From positions 256,353 through 320,352 of the forward strand of contig JAKMXF010000055.1 of assembly GCA_024704765.1 (NCBI GenBank): a DNA stretch of 64,000 nt, written 5' to 3'. The notes beneath the pieces were generated by a model. It was not told the DNA's origin. It did not search any database and saw nothing but the letters and a program-made list of their open reading frames with translations. Below are positions 1 to 11,204 of this stretch, piece after piece. Both the position numbers and the translations under genes were made by a program. Source of the DNA: Oopsacas minuta. Lineage: Eukaryota; Animalia; Porifera. Every line of letters starts with the position of its first letter. Positions within the stretch are counted from its first letter, which is position 1.

Positions 1-1979
1 CTTGGTACCCTCCCGCTTATAAAACAAGTTACAGAGATAGCGAGGAGAGTCTTGATTATATCTGATAGCAAGCCCAAAATCCCCGATGACAGCCTCTCCA
101 GTAGAGCTGACTAATATATTCTTTGATTTTAGATCTCTATGTATAATACAGGGTTTATACAAACCTTCACTAGAATTAAATTTATGTCCTCCCTTAATTT
201 CAGAGTGAAGGTGTGCCAGCCCTGCAGCCGCACCCTTACCAAGTCTTAGCGCGTCACGTAGTGACAAAGGATGCTCATACAAGAAATCTAAAAGGGATCC
301 ATGTGACATATAGTCTGTAATTAACCAATATTGTAAGGAGAAGTCCAGGTCTATCTTGTCAGCAGCAACAAACCCCAATATGTTCTCATGACGTATTAGA
401 TTAGTCATATAAATATGTGTTTCTGCTTCCCAAGATGGAGCATCCTGGCTATACGAAATTTTAACAGCCACCAACTGATCTCTCCAGACACCTTGCCACA
501 CCTCCCCGTATCGACCTGAGCCAATTAGCTTCTTTTTCTCAACCTAAATAGAATAGACACCACATAAGTCAAGCTAAATAATTCTAGGGTGGATTAATCG
601 AGAAATTAATTGCGATATATAAATACTAGCGGAAATAGTCTAGATTAAGTATAACAAGTGTCAAGGATTAGAAAATCAAAAATGAAATATTTTTGGTTCA
701 GTAAATCCAAATCCAGTGAATAATGGAAAATGATTATAAATATAAGAATGAGTGATGCAAAATGGAAATTTTGAAAACCTCAAAACTGCAAACAAATGAT
801 GCTAAGTTAATAATATTAAAGCACTCATGCTAAGATTACAAAAGAATTCAATATTTAATATGATTTGGTATTTAGTAATGTTTGAATGTCCAAAATTGAT
901 TGAAGTGGAAGACTTCCAGGACTGATTTGGCATACAGGGGCATTTTGGGTCTAGCTCGGAAAGTTCGAAATATGAGCTCCAAAAATACTGTGGGCGTTTC
1001 GCATTTTTTGGATTGAGTGGGGCCTATGTCGCTAATAGACGTACTAAACCCTATGCATAGAGTCTGCCTTTTTATGCAGCTAGATTTTCTAAACGAGTTA
1101 ATTGACGCGATTACGCAGTTTGGGGGAAACACTGAATGAGGCACAAAGTGCCGGGATTACTAACTAAAAGCCACGTAGTAGCTCCAATCTCACCACAGAA
1201 GGTCATTAAATGTAATTTGGATGGCCATGGATAATAAAATATTAACCTCGAGGCACATAGCGCCGAAAGTTTCAACTACTAATCAAAGGCACTTGCAAGG
1301 AAATGGACCTGAATTACATAGCTAGTCTGTCAAGTGTCAGAATTTACTCAGAATTTACTCATTGACCAACCTGCATAGCAATTGTCACTTGTGATAGTTG
1401 TGCCATTCCAGATCCAGAACCGGTTCCATAGGTACTATCCAAATCAGAACTCAGTTCATCTATATCTAGACGCTGCGGTGGATTCTTGTACTCCAAATGT
1501 ATTACTTGATGGTATTTTCTCCACCAACAACGAAAGAACGTTAGTGAGATAATAAAGGCAGTTATACAGCCGACAATGCATATAATAAGAACTGCTAGGG
1601 TGGATACTACTTGAACTAACGCAGAAGGGAGATCGCTTGTAGGATAGTCATTGTAGTATGTTGTTATGTAATCAGGTGGATTGCTAGTAGTTGGGAACTC
1701 AGTTGTTGTCAATAATAACTGAATAGAAGTAAGGTTGTTACAGAGATATGTATCACAGCAAAAACGGTGTATTGTACTATACACGCTACAGGTACTAGCT
1801 ATAAGATCTGGCGGCACACAACCTTGAGTTGTGGAAGTTAGTTCTGATCCGATTACCTGCTCGATACATAGGCCCTCTGTTATACAAGTTGGGTAGTCAT
1901 AACAACTGTCAGGACTACAGTGACAAATGAGAGGGGAGGAGACAGGGAGGCATAATATCAGAAAAACGAAATAATACAT
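1..1979 (-). CDS. TGF-beta/activin/BMP type I receptor Ser/Thr kinase (ALK-like), 3' end outside window; exons 1979..1371 and 543..<1
   Basis: Exon 1: signal peptide, 10-Cys ectodomain ending CCDTYLCN, TM helix, GS box TGSGSG. GT donor at 1370 and AG acceptor at 545-544, phase 0. Exon 2 (my translation) is open to the window edge: VEKKKLIGSGRYGEVWQG, VAVKI, RHENILGFVAAD, GSLLDFL, KPCIIHRDLKSKNILV, GDFGLA. Confidence 0.93.
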
Positions 1980-2299
1980 CTAAAGATAAATAAAAACAGA
2001 AAGATAGTGTCGTGTAATCACTTGTTCTGCGGTTCAAGCCACAAACTCCCCTAAAGTACAAATGCTCGCAACACTGTATATATCAAGATTATGAATCCTG
2101 GAATAACGAGCAGTGCGAACACTTTGTGTTCGTATAGGACTTGGCACTTTGTGCCTCGAATAAGCAAAGTATAAAATTGCAAAATTGAATTGATAAATAA
2201 ATATTCCAACTATTTATTTACAATTTACTCATTATTACAACCTGTGCTGACAGGTTAGTCTAGTAGGTAATTTGTTTAAATGTGGCACTATTAACTTGA

Positions 2300-3147
2300 A
2301 TATAACTATGGATTTATGAGATTAAGAAAAAAATCATAATGAGAAAAAATTATTATCAGAGTGAGTACTGTTCAAAAACGCCATAAAATATAGTGTTATC
2401 GAATATGAAAAATTCACGGATCATTCTCCTTGAGAGATAATTTCTCAAGATACGGTTTTGAAATCTTGTTCATTTCATGTATAAAGCATTGTGTTTTGGC
2501 AGAATCTGGATCTTCAAGCCAACGAACGGGCTATCCCATTTCATTTTGCTATAAGTGAAACCAATAATAACCACAAATTCTGCACCAATGCTAGAGATAA
2601 CTGGCGTAAATTCCAAGCTGCTAAATTTGATGATCGTGTTCCACCATCTCACACAGGTTTTCTATCTGATACATTAGTTGGTCAGGTAAATTCCGTATTT
2701 GATCAGTTCAAGTATAATGACGCCAGTTTTATTAAAACCATTAGTGCTGGAAAAACAACTAACAACAACGAATCATTGCACCACATATTATTTGATATGA
2801 CTTCAAAGAAAGAATCAGTTGGAAGGGGTGTAATAGGACTTGGAGCAGCGCTAGCTGTCAACCGTTATAACGACTGATATAGAGGAATAGTAAATGTGAT
2901 CAGGATTATATCTAATTCTGAGCCCAATTTGCGAACTAGTGATGCATTTCGTCTTTGTGATAATAAAAGGATCTTGTCTAGTGAAAAGGATAATAGACCA
3001 TCAGATGAAAGTATTAGAGAGGAAATGCTAATCACGAACTATATGAAGAATGTCGTGGAGGGTGGAGCAGGCTATTCATCTCAGAAATATTCAGGCGCAC
3101 AAAATTATTTGAAAAACTATACATTTGATATAACTGGTATTTTTTGA
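2300..3147 (+). pseudogene. C-terminal part of a eukaryotic Mutator-like (GDGDS/ECxxH-type) transposase, decayed
   Basis: ORFs 2491..2877 and 2896..3147 carry AIPFHF..NHKFC and GKTTNNNESLH..AV.RYN, resembling the FH..H..C and GKTQNxNES motifs of this family. In-frame stops are present. Start is approximate. Confidence 0.6.
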
Positions 3148-4381
3148 TAATACTACTATATTTGTCGTTATGGAATCAAATATTGAAATAAATTCAGAGC
3201 CTGGTACAGAAACTATTTACAGTCAATCCTCCCAAGATTCATTAGATACGAGGTTGAAATCATTGGAAATGACCAGTTCTGGTGGACAAATTGAATGTTT
3301 CAAGATACCACATTCCAAAGCCATAAGACGGAAGAAGTTTCATCAGGAATTGATGCGAGTACAATAAATGAAATATCGAAACCTAGCAAACGAATAAAAC
3401 TGTCCCCACTCAAACAATCGCTGCTCAGAAGTTGAAATTCATAGATGAGAGCTATACTCCTCCTAAATCAACGCTGCCTACAATCCTTGGAAAAGGTAAA
3501 ATTAGTAATGTGGTAGTTCTTCCTGTCTGTGGTAACTACATTGTTTATCTTCAAATGATGGAAGCAGCCTGGCAGAAGTTGCTTCTTGTATAAACTGTAA
3601 CAATAAATTGGAATTGTTTGAAATACGGAGTACTGGAACGTGTGCGTCCAAGTTGATGTTCAGTGTGCGGTATGCAATAGAAGGAAATCTTTCTGGAATG
3701 TGGGTAACTATGCAAATATGGAACCTAGTGCGGTCGGTACTTCCGGTCCTAGGGGGGAATAAGTTGCCCAATCTCGACTATCTTTCCGGACTAGCTGGTC
3801 GTCTTATTGGTGTTGGCTACGAGAAAGCGAAAGTTTAACATGCAACTTTGGGAATTCCCCCTCCTACGAATTCATATCAATACCCCAAGATTCAGGATAG
3901 CATATTTAGTGCAGCTGGTAAGGCAGCAAACTTAAGTATGACTAAGGCGAAAGCAAATCTTGAGATGCTGATTGGTACAGATGATACAACCAATTGTGTT
4001 CATTTTCCTGTCTCCTATGACGGTGCTTATTCTAAACCAAAGTTGGTCATCGGTAGTAAATATTGTTTCGCTTCTGCAATATCTACTGAAATAGCTAAAG
4101 TCGTTGCATAAAATAGCTTGCAACAGATGTACACAATGTACTTCTTATAAACTTAAGGTCTCTACAAATTCTTTGTCGGGGAGAGACCATTAGAAATGGA
4201 ATAAGCACATGAAAATCTGTCTAGCAGATTACCCTGACACTGCATCGACCCATCTGGAATCAAAATTACCTTCTGTTATGGTAAAAGAGTCTCATCACAA
4301 AGATATGATCTTTCCTGAAATAATGTGTGATGGTGACAACCATACCGTTGCGAACCTGAATGAGGAAAATGTATATCCATC

Positions 4382-6702
4382 CATAGCATTCTATATACTA
4401 AGGCAATGGCACTCTATTGAAATTTTGCACCATGGATTGTCATTACCATCGACTTTCAAAGTACAATGTATTATCTATAGGTATGATTCTACTGCTCCTA
4501 GCTAATTATTAATCACCAGTTTAAATGATTTACCACACCCGACCTGATTTATTTTATATTAGAATATTAAAAGTCAACATAATAGATTTTAATAATTCAA
4601 ACCATATATTTAACAGTACAATACGTATATGTAGTATACATCAAATAATATAATACATTCTCTTAGTAATAGTAGCAGTAATATATTATACTATCATAAA
4701 CGTCCAGCTGGAGATAACAAATCGAATAACAATACAATAGCTTCAGTCTTCTACACAAACTTCTAACAGAAAAATGATCTAAAATAAACAAAAAAAAAAC
4801 TATTTGTATTTTTAAGCTTAGTATTATCCTATTTAAAACCATAAAATTGTAATTGCGGACTCTCTTCGACAAGATTATATTTGACCGTGTAACACACAAT
4901 TTCTTCAATATGTCCCGATTCCCAACGCCACAGGAGCAACAATCATTCCAAACATCAGTATATTTCTCTGAAATGATTGTCATAGAAATAAGTACCAACA
5001 AACTACGGAACTGTGCAGAATAGAATTTCTTGCTGAGGGAATCACAGTTATCTATCATCAGAAAGGCTTTATACAAGATAGTAACAGGCTTTACTACACA
5101 AGAAGAAGGCTATTTAAGAGAACCTCGATCTACTAAATTAATCAAAGTATATTCAGAACCAACGTCATTATTAACTTCTAGGAGTCTATCTGTTGTTAAA
5201 AGATCGTGACAAGATTGGCAAGTATTTGACTTTTTTATATAAGAGAAGACTGCATATCCTGCTATATAGATGAGGCATTCAATCTGAGAAACTTCTAATT
5301 CAATGAGCGAGATATCATTCAATATAGTCATATAAGGTTCTATATCGAGTTGCTTTTCGTCACTTATAAACTCACAATCGTCTGCGAATTGCCTAAGGTA
5401 TCAATAGCTTGACCAAGACTATGAATAGAGTTCTCCACATGTTGTATCAGAGATGTCGCAGAGGTATTTGTATTTCTACTTGGAGAAATTTCAAATAAAT
5501 CAACTTCATGTATAATGTTTTCTAATAACCTGATATCATTTATTGAGGAAGACGAGAGCTGAATTTTGTTCTTTTCCTTATAAAAAGACTTACAAAATAA
5601 ACTTTCATCGACAATTATATATCGTTCGATAGTGGAAACTGCGTTACAAAAATGAATCTTAAGAAAAAGTATGTTAGAAGAATCAGGGCGATGGAAAAAC
5701 CAACCGTTTGGGAGTTCGATCATGTGCAACTTAGATATAATACAACTAAGACTCGAAATCATGAACTTAGCTTCGGTTTCTTGAAATTCTGCTCGACTTT
5801 TCTTGTATACATCCTGCATCCTCTTCTCCTCTTTATCGTCTGGAGATAGCCTTTGGATTTTAGCAACTGCATCTGTGAAATAAGTTGGACAATTTGGAAA
5901 GATACTAGGAACTGCAAATTTCTTAAGAACAACTTTTTTCCTAGGCATCTTGATCATCTAAACTCCGTTATAATATTCAATATTCCTCTCAATATCTTCT
6001 TCACGGAAATGATGAATACAGACCTATAAAGAGAGAAATAATTATACTATATCACAGACAAATTTCTATATCAACTTACCAAAAATCGTTTATTCTCCTC
6101 ATAGTCTCCTTTGGGTCGAGGAATATGAATTCCTCGACCGAAAGGAATCACCTTGACTGTGATAATTCGACTTACAGCCAGGTACTAGGCATGTCATGTT
6201 GAATATGTGATGATGCGGTACAAATATTGTAGTAATTGGAAGAAACGAAAATATTTACAATAATTATTATATATTATCAACATTGAATACAAAATTTATA
6301 GGTGGGTAAAATATTTTTCATATAAAGACGTTTAAGACACAAAATTTCAAAAGTAATCACAAATATTGACGCAAATACATAGTTTGCATGTTGCTACATA
6401 AGATCTCTATCCTCATAATGAATTATACATATTCTTAGAGCACTATAGGCGATTAATTCGCGCGAACAATACGACTGAATTAGATATTCAAATATGTGCA
6501 AAACTGAAGTTTTATCAATCAGGCAAAATTATACCAAAATATGTTCTAAGGAGTAGGCAGTTGTTGGATACACATAAATGTTGAAATCACTTTGATATAT
6601 TAAGAAATACAAAAGTTATGATGTAAAGTAGTCCGATGGTAATGACATCCATGGTCCAAAATTTCGATATAGTGCCATTGCCTTAGTATATAGAATGCTA
6701 TG
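4382..6702 (-). mobile_element. Internally deleted P-superfamily (THAP9-like) DNA transposon
   Basis: About 70-bp imperfect TIRs starting CATAGCATTCTATATACTAAGGCAATGGCACT; 7-bp direct repeat ATCCATC on both flanks; THAP and P-transposase C-terminal remnants inside. Confidence 0.9.
4663..6197 (-). pseudogene. THAP domain plus C-terminal P-transposase remnant, catalytic core deleted
   Basis: MTCLVPGC at 6197; GT-AG intron 6079..6024; then VCIHHF and AVPSIFP (THAP signature). 5110..5331 gives YIAGYAVFSY..C..C..DRGSLK. Internal stop codon; no RNase H core between 5364 and 5331. Confidence 0.8.
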
Positions 6703-7046
6703 ATCCATCTATGGATATTAATATTCAGATTATGAAGAGCGAATGTGTTGTGCATGTTATGAGACACTTAATGAAAACTCTAATGAAGATTCTTGTATGT
6801 AATAGAGAGGATGAATCTGTGAATACAAAATAATTGATCGTAAAAGCTGTGGAAAGATTGCCAGTGAATTTTACAAAACACTGAAAAGGAATCCAGGAAA
6901 TGCTATAAACGCTGCAAATAAGATACGATTAAATTTGCACTCAGTAGATTATGTATACCTTCTGGGTACATATTTCGTGTTATAGAGTGCCCAAAAGAAG
7001 GAAAACATTTCAAATATAGCTAAAATAGAATACGAATTGGATAATA

Positions 7047-7206
7047 CAGTGGATTTCGGGTATAATAATATGCTGGGTATTAAGCACCTCTGGAATATAT
7101 CGGTTCTCATATATTCCTGATTATTAAATGGCGGTTATAAGAACATGTATTGTTACTCCCAAAAGAGTTTCTTATAACCAATAGCTACAATAATCGAAAT
7201 TCACTG
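7047..7206. mobile_element. Tc1/mariner-pogo type MITE (CAGTGGA termini)
   Basis: Termini TA|CAGTGGATTTCG ... CGAAATTCACTG; related copy at 33345..33486. Confidence 0.6.
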
Positions 7207-7540
7207 TTCATATCACATATGGGAATCAGTTTGGCAAAAGCATAGGTAATTTACGAAGAAAATATAATAAAGTCAACAAGGGAGCTCGAATTTAAAGGCT
7301 CCTGAGTCTTTGTGGGCAAAGATGACGTCATGCCAACCCACCCTATAAGTTTGGATGACTCATCAATCATACGTAATATAATAGCAGTAAATTAGTAAGC
7401 TCGTTGTAAAATATGAACAATTATCTCCATTGCAACTTGGAATAAATATTTTGACATAAGAATAGGGAAAATAAAATACTGGATAAATCTAATTTAGTAG
7501 AGTATAATTAATGATAAGACATAAAATAAGAAATAGAGAC

Positions 7541-8050
7541 TCAGAGAGGTGAGAAGACCTGTATCATGTTATGTTCCTTCTCATCTACTGTTACAATAGA
7601 ACATAAGTCATCTACTGCTATTCCTGCTAGCCCAGTGAATTCTCCTAGAGCTGATCCTTCTTTACCGAATTTAGTAATCAGTTTACCTTCATTTGAGAAT
7701 ATCTTGATTTCAGAAGTTCTTGTATCAGCAACGAGTATGTTGTGTTGTTGATCAAGACAGAAATACCAAACTCCATCTAACAAATCTTTGTGTACAACAC
7801 ATATAATTATTGTACCTTGTTTAGAGAATGCTTGTATAGGATAACCTGTGTTAGTAAGAGCTATATAGAATACATCTCTAGCTAGTGATATATCTACTAA
7901 GTCAGTATCTTCTCCTTTGAATTGAGTGTTAAGAGTTATTCTCCTTATTTTTATCAATTCAGGTGTTAGGACTGTTAGCTGTATATTCTCCCATTGACCC
8001 ACAAAAATATAAGTATTATCTGTACAGATTCCTGATGGAGAATAGTCAAG
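7541..8050 (-). pseudogene. NHL-repeat (TRIM71-like beta-propeller) gene, C-terminal fragment
   Basis: The frame reads LDYSPSGICTDNTYIFVGQWEN ... ILVADTRTSEIKIFSNEGKLITKFGKEG..GEFTGLAGIAVD, typical NHL repeats. It is cut abruptly at about 8050. Confidence 0.85.
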
Positions 8051-9161
8051 ATATCAGTCAAAAGGCCAATGCTGTATTCTGTTACGCTTGTCGTCACTAC
8101 GTTATTGCTGGCCATGACGCTTACCGCACCAGAGGAATGCAAAACTTTGCTCACGGAAAAAAAAAGATAGAGGATCACAATGCCAGCGAGCAACACAAGT
8201 CTGCCATGGTAAAATGGCAAATGGCAGAGAAGGTGAAGTCGTCGGCCATCCAGTCAGTTGCCAGCAGCATTACAGCGGCACACAAGCAGGCAATCGATGA
8301 CAACCGCCACTACATCATCTGCATCATCCGCTGCATCCTCCTCTGTGCACTGCAGGGAATTGCTCTCAGGGGCCATCGTGAGCAAGTCGACGACGACAAT
8401 CCCACACTCAATCGGGGAAACTTCTTGGCCATAGTTTCGTTGACTGGTGTGTATGACGACGTGGTGCGCAAACGTCTCGACTCTGGACCACAAAACGCGA
8501 AATACGTCCATCATGACATACAGAATGATATTCTGTCTTCTGCCAGTTCTTTGGTTCGTCAGCTCATAGTTGCCCAAGTTGTCGAGGCAGGAGTGTATGC
8601 TGTCATGGCTGACGAAACACGTGACACGTGACACGTCCAAGGCGGAGCAAATGTCAATCGTCCTTCGGTATGTGAGCGATGGCGAGATCCATGAGGCCTT
8701 TCTTTGCTTCAAGGAGTGTCACAGACTGGACGCAGGAGGACTCTGTGAAACCATCCTCGACACTCTGCAAACGAGTGGCATCGATCCACAGCGGTGCTGT
8801 TCGCAATGTTACGACGGGGCGGCAGTCATGAGTGGTCACCTCAGCGGTGTACAACAACGCTTCAAAGAGGTAGTGCCTCATGCAACCTATGTACATTGTT
8901 ACGCCCACCGCTTCAACCTTGTTGTGGTGGATCTAGTGAAGACTCACGGTCGAGTTTGTGACCTTTTCGTTACTCTAAAACAGGGGTTTTCAACCTTTTT
9001 CTGACCACGACCCACTTTCCAACTTTTTAAAGCGTTCGCGCCCCACCCGATGAAGGCATAACCAAAACGTAAATTTCAAAATGTATGTACTTAACTCGTA
9101 TAAATTATTCTAATGTAAATTTACTACATCTACAATACTAATAATTATCACACATGATTAG

Positions 9162-10957
9162 TTAATGTGATTTTTGATGTTGTTTTTCATCAACTAGCTT
9201 TTGAATTCTAGGCTGTGTTATTGCTAAGCAGCAGCGTAGATCTGGTTCGACATCAAGTCTATTTCTAGCCTTAGTTTTGATTACTAGCATGCTAGAAAAC
9301 GCCGCTTCACACAAATAAGTTGATGGGAATGGCATGAGTAACTTCAGGGCAATCTGTGAAACTATTGGATAGCTTCCAAGCACAGAACTCCAAAAAGATG
9401 GCAAATCAACTCTTGAAAATAATGTTTGTGCTCCTGAATCGTTTACAAGTTTGATGAAATCCTCCTGTGCTGCATCGTGATTATCAGGAATGCAGTCATC
9501 TATTTTGGCCAGAAAAGGATTTCGAACAAGATTAAATTTGGATTTTGTTGTTTCTGGAAAGTATCTAGAGAATTCATCTTTAAGTGATTGCAAATGCGTT
9601 GCAATGTCATTTTGCAAAGCTTCGCTGAAACTAATTTCGCAATCTTCAACATAGCTACAGAGGTGAGAAAACATTGTAATCCTACCACTATTTATCTTGT
9701 TTCTCCAGAGGTCAAGCATTGCTTGAAAGGCAGAAAGCTTGTCTACAAAATCCATAATATTACTATCTTTACCTTGCAATGAGAGGTTCAGAGTATTGAG
9801 TCTTTCAAAAATATCGCAAAGATAACAAAGTCTAGTAATCCATTCGTGATTTTCGAATAAATCATGCCAATGCGTCCGCTTTTGGAGTTTTAAAAATTCT
9901 GTTGTTTCTTCCTTGAGGTCTAGAACACGTTTCAAAACATTGCCCTTTGAAAGCCATCTAACTTCAGTGTGATATAACAGATTCATATGCGCAGCATCCA
10001 TATCTAAACAAAGATTTCTGAAGAGACGAGTGTTGAGTGCGCTACTTTTAACGAAATTGACTGTTTTAATTACCTCCTGCAAGATAACATTTAGCGAGGC
10101 TGGCAAAGTCTTCGCTGCAAGGGCTTCTCGGTGAATCATACAGTGATTTGTTATCACATCTGGGACAAACTGTCTAACGCGTGTCTGGAACCCAGAATGG
10201 CTTCCCAACATAGAAGGAGCGCCATCTGTGCAAACAGCCCCAACTTTTTCCAATCGAGACCTTCTTTTACAAAAAAGGTGTCTACTTTGTTGAAAACATC
10301 AATTCCACGTGTTTGAGAATCAAGTGGCTGACAAAACAGGAACTCTTCTTTGAAGTTAGAATCGTGGATATAACGTACATATATCATCAGCTGAGCACAA
10401 GAAGAAACATCAGTTGACTCATCTAATTGCAAAACAAAGATGGGTGACTGTTTGATTTGCTCCACAACTTGGTTCTTAATATCCTCTGACATTTCCTGAA
10501 TTCTGCGCTGAACAGTGTTATCCGAAATTGACAGCGAACTTAGTTTTTTTACTGCATCTGCTCTAATCATTATGCGCACAATGTCTTTCGTGCAGGGCAA
10601 AACTAGCTCTTCACCAATAGTATGGGGTTTCTTAGATTTAGAAATACGTAGTGACACAACATATGATGCTTCAACTGCGGCTCTTATAGTGATAGCTGTC
10701 TGTCCTGTCGTATCAAGTCTAGATTTCTTGACAGATTGAGATTGTCTTTGGAAGAAAGAAACATCTCGGTCATTATATGTTGGATGTTCTTTCTCAAAAT
10801 GTCTTTTAAGCTGAAACGGCTTCATAGACTCTGTAGATAATACTTTCAGACATATCACGTATTGTGGTTTTTCAATACCTTCAATTACTATACTTGTAAA
10901 TCCAAATTTCAGATAATCATCTGAGTAAGCACGCTTCGGAGCACGTTTAGTTGCCAT
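9162..10957 (-). pseudogene. Buster/ZBED5/SCAND3-like transposase with a single frameshift near 10250
   Basis: ORFs 10154..10957 and 9162..10253 join into one transposase (QLDESTD, CTDGAPSM, HCMIHRE, EVRWLSKG, YLCEAAFS) if one A is added at TGGAAAAAGTTGG. Confidence 0.9.
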
Positions 10958-11086
10958 TTAAGTAAAAATACGATTAGAAGGACTTGTTAAAGTTGAAAGG
11001 CCTAGAAATGTCTTTATATAATTCTTTGTTGTACATACAAGCCTGGACTTCATAAGTCATTTAATAAAATATTACACTTCAATATT

Positions 11087-11204
11087 GGAATACATGCAAT
11101 TCGTGACATTACAATTCGTACCATTACAATTCGTGGCCTACAATTCGCGCCATTACAATTCGTGACATTACAATTCGTGACATGTCACGAATTGTATGTA
11201 TTCC
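11087..11204. repeat. 15-bp tandem array (ACAATTCGTGACATT, 6 units) bracketed by an inverted repeat
   Basis: Direct reading: GGAATACATGCAATTCGTGAC ... GTCACGAATTGTATGTATTCC. Confidence 0.85.

Larger units (their letters stand above)
3170..6950 (+). pseudogene. N-terminal and central part of a second Mutator-like transposase, split by the P element at 4382..6702
   Basis: Motifs in order: LIGVGY (3608 ORF), VSYDGAY (3848 ORF), MCDGDN..YPS (4209 ORF). Directly after the P element the frame resumes as MDINIQIMKSECVVHVMRHL, the ECxxH motif. Confidence 0.7.

Noticed and set aside
238-240. Apparent GTAAG splice donor in the kinase exon
   Set aside because: The frame stays open through it and encodes the expected GLAHLH..HRDLK segment, so it is not an intron.
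872-1144. 90-aa ORF in the receptor intron
   Set aside because: No recognisable motif; it lies inside an intron defined by in-frame splice sites.
7963-8050. N-terminal part of the 222-aa hAT ORF
   Set aside because: It is the antisense of the NHL fragment read across the junction, not a real transposase N-terminus.
10240-10260. Programmed -1 frameshift at G AAA AAG in Buster
   Set aside because: It is not a full X XXY YYZ heptamer, and Buster-type transposases are known as single ORFs; an indel or sequencing error is simpler.
11087-11204. CRISPR-like appearance of short repeats (also 16985..17150)
   Set aside because: Units are directly adjacent and degenerate, with no unique spacers and no cas genes, in a eukaryotic context.
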